From: Neocallimastix sp. 'constans'
Lineage: Eukaryota
Reading direction: 5' to 3'
Length of the DNA: 64,000 nt
NCBI GenBank assembly: GCA_050613775.1
Contig: JBODTK010000153.1
Coordinates: 1-64,000, forward strand
This document shows, in pieces, positions 21,170-33,827 of the stretch. The notes beneath the pieces are model-generated. The model was not told the origin of the DNA and did no database searches. It worked only from the letters and a program-made list of their open reading frames with translations. Made by a program: the position numbers and the translations under genes. Each line of letters opens with the position of its first letter. Position 1 is the stretch's first letter.

Positions 21170-21797
21170 TCTTATTTTATATACTATTACTAAAATATTA
21201 CTATTATTAAAATATTATTTATTATTATTAATTATTAATTCACTATTACTAAAATATTATTTATTATTATTAATTATTACTTAATTCACTATTACTAAAA
21301 TATCATTTAATTATTATTATTATTATTATTAATTCTTATTTTATACACTATTACTAAAATATTACTATTACTAAAATATTATTTATTATTATTAATTATT
21401 ACTTAATTCACTATTACTAAAATATCATTTATTATTATTAATTATTACTTAATTCACCATTACTAAAATATTATTTATTATTATTATTAAAATATTATCT
21501 ATTATTTTTTTTTTTTCCTAAATATTATCACATATACTATTAATAAAATATTATTTAATATTAATTTTTATACTAAACTATTACTACTTTTTATTATAAT
21601 ATCATTTCTTAATTAAAGGTTTATTCGTTTTTATACTGGTCCGAATTCCCAGTTGTCTTTAATTACTAATAAAGATGATAATAAAAAAAAATTAACTATA
21701 CTAATAATAATAATTAAAGACTTATTCGTTTTTATTCTGGTTCGAACTCCCAGTTACCTTTAATTATTATTTAATAATAATCATAATAATTTTAGGC

Positions 21798-21849
<52 letters not shown>

Positions 21850-21977
21850 TTTATATATTACTATTATAAAAAAATTAATTATTTAATTTTAATTTAATAT
21901 TAATTATTTAATTGTCTTTATTTTTTAAAAAGTAAATATCAATATAAATATAAATTTCATAATATTCTTGGTTTGCA

Positions 21978-21995
21978 CGCCCGGATTCTCCACCA
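21978..21995 (-). promoter_or_regulatory. PBS complementary to the tRNA-Ala 3' end
   Basis: Plus strand reads CGCCCGGATTCTCCACCA, similar to eukaryotic tRNA-Ala ...ATTCTCCA-CCA. Confidence 0.8.
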
Positions 21996-21999
21996 TTTT

Positions 22000-22619
22000 T
22001 GATACGATATTTTATTAAATACCGTATATGTTAGTTGGGAGTTTGTGCAAAAGGGAATTACTCCAAGAATATTATATTACAATAATTATATTTACTTTTT
22101 ATTTATTTATCTTTTATTATTTTATTTATTATATTTTATCATAAAAAAAATACATGTTTTATTATTATTCCTTAAAAAAAAAAAAAGAAAATATTTATTT
22201 ATAAATTATTTTCATAATTATATTTTTTTACTAATTTTATAAATTTTATTTATCGAAACACTAAAATTAATTAATAAATATAAATATTCATAACTTTTTA
22301 CTTATAACTATTAATTCATATTGTTTAACATTATTTAAAAATTATTTTAATATTAACATCAATTTAATTAAACATTCAATCTCCGTTATAATTAATATAA
22401 CTAATTTTACTATATTATCAACAATTCTTTTAATATTTTTAATATTATTATTTAATTTAATATTTTAATAATTAATAATAATAAATTATCTTTAATAATA
22501 TATTAATAATATATTTTAAGATTCATTATATAAAATTAATTTTTAATAAATATTTATATTAATAATTTTTCTAAATAATTTTTCTATTATTTTCTATTAT
22601 TTTTACTGGACATGCATCA
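22000..22619 (-). repeat. Candidate 5' LTR of the outer element
   Basis: TGAT/ATCA termini, 4 nt from the PBS. The far boundary is inferred because no partner LTR is visible. Confidence 0.6.
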
Positions 22620-22627
22620 ACAATATA

Positions 22628-23158
22628 GTCGTTCCAGGTTCTATCCTGGCTGTTAAGGCGTTAGGTCTTAAGGCATAAGGCTCCTGGTTCGAATCCGCTC
22701 TATGACCTTATCAGTTTTCCCTTCGGGTTTTTATGATAATGCGTTGATAGAGCAATTACAGATAAGTATATTGGATTAAGTATGATGGATTTGTGGGTGA
22801 TTTGGACTCTGGTCAAAACTAAGGTGTTTTGGGCATATTTAGGAAAAACGGCACAAACCTGTCTAGATACATAAGTTATATCCAAATTGTAAATAATATG
22901 GTCAATTTCCTTAATTATACCATCTCAAAAACTAATTAAGATTTCTGCTATTCCCGATGATAGAGGGGTGGGTGGTATGACGGTCAGTCTGGATTTTCGT
23001 AATCTGTTGGGGACCATGCCTAGTACTTTAAATCCCTCTTAGAGGTAGTAGAGCGTCGACGTCAAAATGATAAGGCATGTAAGGATCTGTTTATTAAAAT
23101 ACACTCATGTGACCTACCAATGATGTAGAAATCATGTGAGAAAGTCTAAAAAAAAAAA
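22628..23158 (+). mobile_element. tRNA(Leu-like)-headed SINE
   Basis: GTTAAGGCGTTAGGTCTTAAG resembles tRNA-Leu(TAA); perfect B-box GGTTCGAATCC at 22686-22696; non-coding body; AGTCT followed by poly(A). Confidence 0.75.
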
Positions 23159-23194
23159 TTTTTTTATATATTAAATATTATACAAATATAAAAA

Positions 23195-23370
23195 TAAAAT
23201 AAATAGTAGAAATATAAATATAAAGTACAGATTGAATAAAATAAAATAAAATAAATAGTAGAAGCATAAATATAAAGTACAGATTGAATAAAATAAAATA
23301 AAATAAATAGTAGAAGCATAAATATAAAGTACAGATTGAATAAAATGAAATAAAATAAAATAAAATAAAA
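23195..23370 (+). repeat. ~52-bp minisatellite x3 (AAATAGTAGAAGCATAAATATAAAGTACAGATTGAATAAAAT...), with a diverged unit at ~24655-24710
   Basis: Direct repeats visible. Confidence 0.8.
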
Positions 23371-23392
23371 TAAAAAAATAAAATATATATAA

Positions 23393-23430
<38 letters not shown>

Positions 23431-23605
23431 CAGTAATATATTGATTTGAAATTGTATAAAATATTAAAATTAATAATAATACTAAAATAAAAAAGTATAA
23501 TAAACAATAAATAAATAATAAATTAAATAAAACATTATACTAAAAATATAGGTAAATCCTTTGAATTATTAGAATCTGTCAAAGAAGATTATCAAATTTA
23601 AGAAT

Positions 23606-23807
23606 TGATTCAGAAAAAATTAACAAACTTTCAAACTTTTAATTATAAATTATAAATTTAATGATGATTAAATTTTATGTTAATTTAACTTTATATTTTT
23701 ACTTTATTTTTCATGAAAAATAAACTATTAAGTTAAATTAACATAAAATTTAATCATCATTAAATTTATAATTTATAATTAAAAGTTTGTTAATTTTTTC
23801 TGAATCA
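23606..23807. repeat. ~200-bp near-perfect palindrome (fold-back or MITE-like)
   Basis: TGATTCAGAAAAAATTAACAAAC... pairs with ...GTTTGTTAATTTTTTCTGAATCA; centre TTTTTCATGAAAAA. Confidence 0.9.
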
Positions 23808-24212
23808 TTAATATATATTAATTAAATATTTATTTAAAAATATATCAATAACATTATAAGAAAAAATTTTTGAGATATTTTAATACAAAAGTAAAATATA
23901 TAATTTATACTGTTGAAATGATTATATATAGATATATTCATTAAATAAAATTTGTTCTCATCCAAGTTATTTTTATATATTTTTATTAATTATTTATATT
24001 TAAGAAGATAAGATAACTAAAATATATATATATAATAATTATTTAAACTTTTTTTATGATTTATATAACAAAAATAATAGTTTATATTTATGTAATTTTA
24101 ATATTATATATAGTTTATATTTATGTATTGTTAATATTATATTTATATTTATAAATAATATAAATGAAAATATTTAATTATATAAATATATTATTTATTC
24201 TATGATGTATAT

Positions 24213-27200
24213 TTATTTGGGATTTTTATGTGATATATTTTCTATGTTAGAAACATTTTTTTTTTTATTATTTATCATTTGAATAATTTTTGAACAGTAA
24301 TTAAAGTCCAATAAATAATTATCAATTTGATTTTCAATGTTGTCGATAGTAACATTATTAGATTTATTACAATTACAATTATATATTCTATGTTCAAAGC
24401 AAAAATTAATTGATGGATATTTAAAGAAAAATTTTGTATTATTTGATTGCTTATTGATAATTGTATATACAATATTGAACATATAAAGGCAATATAGTGA
24501 TAGATAACATATAATTATAAATATAGATAATATAAGTATTTCCGAGTATAAATTACTTTTAAAGGCAATACTGAAAATCATCTATACAATAATAATATTA
24601 TTATTATTATTATTTATGTAATAAAAAAAATATTAAAATAAAATAAAATAAAATAAGTAGTAGAATATGAATAAAAAGTAAAGTGCAGATTGAATAAAAT
24701 AAAATAAAATAAAATATTAGTGAAGAACTATGTACTATTAAAGTATTAATACAAATAAAATAATATCATATAATAATTTTTTATTACCTTTGCTAATGGT
24801 CCAGTAGTTACCCATATTGGTATTGAATAATTTAAGTAATTAATCATTTTAAATATACATTCATAAGACCATACCTTTCTACATTTAAGTATTAATGGGA
24901 TTAAAAAAAGAATTTCAATCATACTTAATCCTGTATTATAATGTGTTAATGAACAATTATATATATATTTTTTGGAAATATCTTTAATATATCTTTCATT
25001 TTCATCAATTTCATTATTATTTTCCTCAAATCCTTTTACTGTTATTATTATAACTAAAATTATAATAAGTACTACATAACAACTTAATATTAATGAGTAT
25101 AGTGATTTAATTGCCATTATATTTTTAAATAAGTAATTAATATTATTGGTATTAATTGTTAAATGTAATTTTCGTTCAGAGATATTATGATTTTCTGTTG
25201 AAATATTATTATTTATATTTTTAATATAATTATCCTCACTAACATCATTTTCAGAAAAAGAAGTTCTATTCTGAGAATATTTAATATTATTGTTTATTGG
25301 ATCTATTCCTAATGCTATATTTAATTGATATATAATGATTATTACACTGTATATTAAAAATAATCCATAATGGTATAAAATAAAATTTAAAGCGCAAAAG
25401 AAATAATTTTTATACACTCCAAAGAATGAACTTAAAAATATTAATATTGTTCCCACAGAATAAATTATATGTTTATAGAAACCTGTTTCTTTAATTACTC
25501 TTTTGTTTCTATTAATATAAATAAATATTATATTTAATATAATCAATACTATTATAATTCCATTAATATAAAATAAAATTTCTTCAAAACCCCTTTTTTC
25601 AAATATTTTAACATTATTTATATATAAGTATTAATAAAAAAAATTTTTTTATTAATCATTTACATATATAACATAGATAATATATAAATATTTATTAATA
25701 ATAGTATAGTAAATATTTACACTGATTCGATTACAATTCTTTCTGAACAGAATGTTCCTTTATAACCATCAAAGCATCGGCATTCATTTGTTTCAATTGT
25801 ATTTTTTTCAGTGTTATTATATTTTGGGAAGCATTCTCCAGAATTTAGATTACATTTTTCATTACAAATTGGATTTTCACAATACAATATATTGTTTTTT
25901 ATATAATTAATTTGATTTGTATTACAAGTATTAATAGTTACATTGATACTATTTAATTCAAATTTAATTTTATTGTAGTGATTTTCGAAATTAATATTTA
26001 ATGTGTAATTTGTTGGATTTGCGAACAATCTTAATTGTGATAAATCACAATTTCCTAATAAAAATTTGTAATCAATAAAAATATTGAAAATATAATAAAT
26101 TCAATTTTTATATTTAAATTTAATTGTATTCTGCAATTAATAAATATTTTGTAATATATAAAAAAATATTATAATCTATTGTATATTTATTAATATATTA
26201 CCTTTATAAAAACTACAAGTATTTCCATGAATTTCATATTTAGAATTATTATTATCATTTCTATTATCTTTAATACTAATGCTTAGTAAAATTCCAGAGT
26301 ATATATTAAACTTATCATTAATAAATTCATCATACTCGTCATAAAGTGAAAATTTTAATGGAATATAATCACCACTCTTAACATTATAATTGATGTTTTT
26401 ATTATTTAGTTTAATATGGGATACTTCCGTTGTATAATCATTTCCATAAGTTTCTCCTTTATTATTAATAAATTCACATTTTGATATATCTAATGATTTC
26501 TTTTTGATATTATTAGGTACATAAATTGCACCTCCTGCTCTTCTTGCAATATTTCTTTCAAATACAACATTGCTGATTTCAGCTAAATATAATTTATCAT
26601 TATTAGAGTATAATGCTCCTCCAAAATCATTAGCATTATTACTTTTAAAAATAACATCTGTAAAATTAATGAATGGTTGAAAATTATCCCCAATTAAATT
26701 TATACTGAAATACATTGCACCTCCATTAAATGCTGTATTTGAAATATATTGAGAAGATTTGATTGATAAATTTAAATCATTCATATCTTTAAAGCATCTA
26801 TACAAAAAAGTATATCATTTATGTTTTATATGTTAGAATAAATTTATTAATTATTTATATTGATCAAATTTAAATATAATTTAAGTAACTATATATATAT
26901 ATAATAATTATTTTATTTACATAACTCCCCCATTATTTTTGCTTGTATTATTTGTAAATACTGAATTTGATATTGAAAGATCTATAGAATTTTCTAATTG
27001 AATAGTACCACATTGGTTTTTATCTAAATTTTCATTTTTATTAAAATTTACATTTTGAAAAATAATTTTTGACTAAAAAAGTATTTATATATATTATTAT
27101 TAAGATATATAAAAAATAACATATATCATAATATAAATATTATATATATTAATATTTTATTTTTTTTTTTTTAAAAAATTAATAATTCTATTTTATATTT

Positions 27201-28322
27201 TTAATTAATACTAAATAATATTTATTAAATATTTTGATTAATTACTTTTTTTGAAAAATTTTTAATAATAGGCCCATATGAAATAATATTATTAATATTT
27301 GAATTTTCTATATTAATAACATTTGTATTCCCTTTAATACTTAAAAATGATCCATTGGTTTTTCCATTATCTATTGAAACATTATTTAAAAATAATTTTT
27401 GATTCTCTTCTCCAGAATCAAAATATAGAAATGAAGCATCTCCAATATCTCCTTTATTGTATACATTTCTAATTGTTACATGGTTAAAATAATTGGAATT
27501 ATATATTAAATATAAAACAGCTTTTCCATTAGTTGAAATGTCACTTATATTAACATTATTAAATGTATATTTTGCTTCTGAACCAATTATACTAGTTCCT
27601 GTTCTTTAATTTATAAAATTATGTACATTAAAAAATAATAATAATAATAATAATAATATATAATTTTATTAAAAATTAATTTGAGATATTTAAAAACCTT
27701 ATGTTTTGAAAAGTTGAGTTGGTAATGTTAAAACTTGTATGTTTGCAGTCATTATGAGGTGGAATGGAACTTTTTTGAGAATTGATATTTTTTAATATTG
27801 AATTTTTAAATTCAATGTAATTATAATATCCTCTAAATACACTACTAACATCTTTTTATATATTAATAAATTTAAAATCATATAATTAATATATATTCAA
27901 TTTTTTTAAATAAAATAATCAAAAAATACTTTATAATATATTTTTAATAGGAATATCATACCATCAAAAATTGAATTGTCAATAATAAATTTATTTTTAT
28001 CTATACTTTTATCAACATTAATTAAATATCCAGAATTACTATGACATTTTGAAAATGTTACATTTTGCAACCTAAATAAATTTAAAAAAATTTTGGAAAA
28101 TTTAATTTATTTTTTTGTTTATTTTTTTATTTTTTTTTTGCATATGTATGTATATAATCTTACAAAATTGTATTTTCTATAAAATGCATGAATGGTACAC
28201 TATTATCTATATTACTATTTTTAATAATAGAATCTTTAATTACGATATTGTTATTTTTTGTTTTTGATTCGATTATTGATGCGATATCCATAGAAGAAGT
28301 TGATATATTTTCAAAGGAAGCT

Positions 28323-28394
<72 letters not shown>

Positions 28395-29337
28395 AATAAA
28401 TGCAATTAATAAGAAATAATTAAATCAAGAAATTTTATGATTATTACTCATATATATAAATTATAATATGGTTACATACAATTAATAATATTTATATCAA
28501 TATTGTTTAATGTAAATAAATTATTACTATTTATAAAATGGCAATTCAAAAAATTTATTTTGTTACATAATGATGTTTCTTCACTTGAATCTCCAATTTC
28601 ATTATATGTGTGCATAATTTTGTATATATTATTTCTTTTTTTTTAAAAAAAAAAAAAAAGAAAAAAAGAGAAATAATATAAAAAAAAAGTATAAAATTTA
28701 ATATTTCAGAATATAAAATTCATATATGTATATATAAAGATAAATAATATTAATAATATCATTTAGATTTTTAAACCTACATAAAACTACAATTAATAAA
28801 TAATGTATGTGGTTCTATTTGTGTTACTTTTGAACATCTGGAAACAGATAAATAAAGATTTGATGAAATATCTTCAAAAAGACATCTTTCAAATACCAAA
28901 TGATAATTTATATTTATTTCATTGTAATAAGATTTTATTAAGTAATGGTCATCTGAATTTGAAACAAAATTTTTAAATTTTATATTAACAAATTTCAATA
29001 TTCCGTTATTTCGAAAGTCTATTTGAATACCTTTACTATTTTTATTTTTAAAATTAAAAATAGTTTTTCCTATTTTTTCATTATAAAATGTAACATTTGA
29101 TGAAATACGAAAGTTTAATGTTGTGTATATAAGTGAAAAATCATATTCTTTATCGGGAAAATATAAAATTAAATTTTCATTTTGGTTCTCTTGTATTACA
29201 TTTTCTAAATTAATTAAATCGTTATATGAATTATATATCTTAATTTCTTTTGTCTGAGAATAAGATATTAAATATAACAAAATAAGGATATAATTATGAA
29301 TAAGCATTATATAATCAAAATTAGAACTAATTAGCAT
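24213..29337 (-). CDS. Multi-exon membrane receptor: signal peptide, beta-helix (pectin-lyase/Pmp-like) repeats, EGF-like domain, multi-TM (class C GPCR-like) region
   Basis: GGAMY/GGALY/GGAIY and FxxN motifs in 26176-26805; CRCFDGYKGTFC in 25717-26028; TM segments in 24746-25546 and 24213-24581. Middle exons were not all frame-checked, so the gene may be damaged. Confidence 0.7.
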
Positions 29338-31351
29338 TATTTAAATCTATTAGTTCTTTATGTAATATAAAAATAATTATAAATATATTGAATTAATTTT
29401 ATTTAAACAATCGAGTTAAATTTTTTTTTCTCTTCCATTATTAATTGAATTTTTTATTTCTAAGATAACTATTATTAATATAATTTTCTTTATTAATTTA
29501 TTCTTGAGTTTAAAATGAAATTTTTACTATTACGATTAAAATAAAAATTAATTAAAATATTCATTATTTTGTAAATTTATTAAAAAGATTTTTTTTTTAT
29601 TTTCTATTATAATTATAATTATAATTATAATTATTATTATTGTTGTTGTTAATACTTTAGTATTAGTAAAAAAAAATTATTTAGGGAAAAATTTTCTATA
29701 AATAAATACATTAAAATATAATTTTTTAAGACATAATTTATATAAATAAATAATTAAATTTAATATTTAATCATTAAAAAAAATTAGTATAAATTAATTA
29801 ATTTTTAAAAAAATAATGGAAATATAGTTTTAAATTTTTTCTTTATAAAAATAAACAATTGTAAGTTATTTTTATATTGTATTAATTTTGATTATTATGT
29901 ATCATATATACTATTTAAATTTTTGATTTTAATAAATATCTTTTGCTCTCTAAAAAATTTGATGATTTATTATTATTTATTTTATTACTTAATATGTACT
30001 ATTATAATTAATTAAATTTTATTAAATTATGATTTAAAAAAGAAAAAAAAAAAATTAATTAAAAAAAAATATGTTTAAAAAACATAATTCGATTAGGTTT
30101 AATTTTCTTTCTGATAAATGATTTCTTAAGAATAAGATCAACTTTAGTATATTTAAATAAATTTATGTGATTATTAAAATGAATATTTTCACATTATAAC
30201 GTGCAATTATTTATGTTCAAAAAAAAGTTTATTTATTATAGAATTTAATCCAATAATTAATTTTGTTAAAATAAAATAAATATTTAAATACTTTATTTAT
30301 TAATAAATTATTAAAATTATTTTTATTATATTTTTCGTAATATGTATATTTTTAGTAATATGACAAGATTAAATAAGATTATTTAAGAATTATAAATAGT
30401 ATTTAATAATTAATCTATTAAATAAACTATATTATATATTATTAGTAATATTTTATTTTATTCTTGAATAAATGATGATTTTAACATCATTGATATTTAT
30501 ATAAATCATAATATTCTATTTTTTTTTACATTATTAAATTATCATACTATAAAAATTTGAATATGAATAAAGTTTTTTAAAGTAATATTTTGAAATATGG
30601 ATGAAATATCTTATATTTATTATACTTGAAAATATAATTGAAATTTTTATACATTAATTTTTATAATTAATGTACTATATTATACTATTAATAATTAATA
30701 ATATAATTTATTTATTTTTTAATAGTTGCATCATAGGAAAGTAATTTTTGATTATAAAGATATATTAATGATTTAGTATACCAATTTGAAAAAGTAATAT
30801 TTTTAGTTCTATCAACAAAAAAGTAATATTAATATATTAATATATATATATATTTATATATTATATATTTATGTAAACCTATATATTTTAGTAATAAAGT
30901 ATTACTATTACGTTATAATATATTAGTCATATAAATTTTTATTAGCAGTTAAAATTTTATATTTTAAAAAATGCTGTATTTATTATTTTTTATATACTTT
31001 ATTAAATTAGAATTAGAAATATAAATATAAAATTGTATTTTAATAACTTAATATTATATATATACATTTATATACATGATTTATATATAAATAATATATT
31101 TATTTTTTAAAATAAGGGGTAATAATAAATATAAATTTGTTAATAACATAATAAAGTATTTGCTTTTTTTCTTAATATTCAATTTAAAAAAATTTACAGT
31201 TTATTTAATGATTTAAACAGATCACTAAGTATTTCAGTTATAGATGTATTACTTAAACCTCTGAATGATTTTTAAAAGTATTGTTAAATTATTATTAAAT
31301 ATATATATAATATATAAATCATTTATTTATTTATTTATTATTTATTTATTT

Positions 31352-31419
<68 letters not shown>

Positions 31420-32360
31420 TATAGAAATAATCATAATAAAAAAGATTTTTTACATTTCTTTTAAATCAGTTAATTCTACAACTTCTGTTGGAATTTTTTT
31501 TAATTTCTTTATTATTATCTAATAAATATTAATAAATATATAAATAAATAAGTAAATTTATAAATTAATAATAGACAATAAGATTTATATCTTATTAGGT
31601 TAACTTTATTTATTAATTATAAAAAGATTACATGTTTCTATATTTTCTAATTGTTTCTAAAATTGTTTCTAATTGTTATGTAAAATAGATGCAAATTACA
31701 TGTATTTATATATCTTAAATGTGGCTTAACATTATTAGCAATAGCTTAATACATGAATATTCTAAGAACTATTACATTAGTAATGTATTATTAATTATTA
31801 GTAATTAATATATTAATTCACATATTCTAACATTCCCCCTTAAACCTAATTATTCATTAATGAATAAATTGGTTTACTGGTGAATATGTGTATTTAAAAT
31901 TATCCTATTCTGTAATATTATATACTTGATATTATTAAACTACAAATTATTTCTTTTCTAACCTAATTTTTCTTTTTCATAAATAAAATAATTTTACATT
32001 ATATTAATTCCTTAATTAAATTTAAATGTTGCTAAAATAATTTCTTATATATATTTTAATCTAATAATTTTCCCCTAAAACTAAGTATTTTGAAATAAAT
32101 GTTTGGATTGGGATATGAAAATTGCAATTTGAACGAAATAATTTAATTTAATATGCATCATCATATTTTATGAAAGTAAAGTTAAAATATATTCATCATC
32201 AGTTAATAAGTAAAAATGATCATATTTGACTCTATGGTGTCAGCTCAGTCGATTTGAAAATGTGAACCAATCGGTCGGCGATAGTTTACTTTAATAGTAG
32301 TAATAATATGAGGGGTTCATTTACATTTATGTTAATGTTGCTATTTAAGTGTTTAAATTT

Positions 32361-32560
32361 TCATTCATGGTTAAACGTCATGAATGGAATATAATTTTCA
32401 TCATTCATGGATAAACATTATGAATGGATTAATGCTTATTCATCATTCATAGATAAACATTATGAATGGATTAATGCTTATTCATCATTCATAGATAAAC
32501 ATTATGAATGGATTAATGCTTATTCATCATTCACAGATAAACATTATGAATGGATTAATG
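32361..32560. repeat. ~42-bp tandem repeat (4-5 units), each with an internal hairpin
   Basis: Unit TCATCATTCATAGATAAACATTATGAATGGATTAATGCTTAT. Confidence 0.9.
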
Positions 32561-32728
32561 TTAATATTTGTCAGGATATATAATGGTATTGTTAAAGCCA
32601 TTTGATACATAATATCTTGTTTGATATTGATTTCTTGTTAAAAGAATCCTTTGTTCCTAAATTCTTCTTGACATAATTTTTAGGTCTGGCTATGGATTTA
32701 TTGTTATAAGGATCCTTTTAAGAGTCAG

Positions 32729-32867
32729 ATGAGACTCTTAATCTATTAGAAAATAAGAGCAACTAAGAGTTTATTGAGAGCACTGAGACTCTTAATCTAT
32801 TAGAAAATAAGAGCAACTAAGAGTTTATTGAGGGCACATGAGACTCTTAATCTATTAGAAAATAAGA
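32729..32867 (-). repeat. Triplicated LTR-end plus PBS unit (period 54-55 bp)
   Basis: TGAGACTCTTAATCTATTAGAAAATAAGA at 32730, 32784 and 32839. Confidence 0.92.
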
Positions 32868-33763
32868 TTTATATCTTATTAGGTTAACTTTATTTATTAA
32901 TTATAAAAAGATTACATGTTTCTATATTTTCTAATTGTTTCTAATTGTTATGTAAAATAGATGCAAATTACATGTATTTATATATCTTAAATGTGGCTTA
33001 ACACTATTAGCAATAGCTTAATACATGAATATTCTAAGAACTATTACATTAGTAATGTATTATTAATTATTAGTAATTAAAATATTAATTCACATATTCT
33101 AACAACTAATAAATAAGTAAATAAAAAAATGATTTTATATTTATTAAAAATTTGTTTCATTTTTATAAATATATAGAATAATTTATTATAGAATATTATT
33201 TAGTTTATTATTTTTTCAATATCAATTTTTTTTATAATTTGAAAAAAAAATTTTTTTAAAACAATATATTTTTTTTTACTGAACTTTTAATTGTCAAGGT
33301 ATAAATACATCATATACATTATTACTTGTAACATTATTAAATATTTAATACTATTATTAATATATATGTTAATTTATAAATAAAACCACTTTTAATTTGT
33401 ATTATATATAATATTTATAATAATTATAATAAAGTGTTTAAAATACCGATAAGTCGATAGTACCAGCTATATCATTTTCTTATAAATAACTAAAAGTAAA
33501 ATGAAATTAAAAAGTTATCATATATATATATATTTTTTATTGTTTCAATAGTTTATTAATATTGTTATTATTATGAACACAAAATTTAATAAAAATAAAT
33601 GTTTACAGATATTGAATATTTGGTAATTAACTGGATTAATATGGAAATTGCCTAAGTTCATTCCACTTAAAATTACTATATAATTTTTAAAATGATAATA
33701 ATAAAAAAAATAATAATAACAATTAATATTTAGGAATCCTTTTATTATTACTATTATTATTAC

Positions 33764-33826
<63 letters not shown>

Positions 33827-33827
<1 letters not shown>

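Larger units (their letters stand above)
18690..22619 (-). mobile_element. 5' part of an outer LTR retrotransposon (probably Ty3/Gypsy) with tRNA-Ala PBS, interrupted at 18690
   Basis: Candidate LTR 22619-22000 (TGAT...ATCA), PBS TGGTGGAGAATCCGGGCG, gag with CCHC, -1 frameshift into ORF2. The partner LTR is not in the window. Confidence 0.8.
31569..33104 (-). mobile_element. Non-coding, non-autonomous LTR element (TRIM-like, copia-type PBS)
   Basis: LTRs 33104-32853 (252 bp) and 31832-31569 (264 bp, 12-bp duplication); PPT AAGGGGGAA; PBS GATTAAGAGTCTCATG; imperfect TSD ATTAA/ACTAA; no ORF. Confidence 0.9.

Noticed and set aside
21620..21760. Two B-box-like CTGGTYCGAAYTCCCAG repeats in the outer element's leader
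   Set aside because: Spacing is off consensus and there is no A-box; treated as a local duplication.
22628..22708. Functional tRNA-Leu gene
   Set aside because: Arms do not form a proper cloverleaf, and the sequence continues into a body with a poly(A) tail.
32729..32867. Repeat-spacer pattern resembling a CRISPR array
   Set aside because: The spacers are near-identical, so it is a tandem duplication. No cas genes, eukaryotic context.
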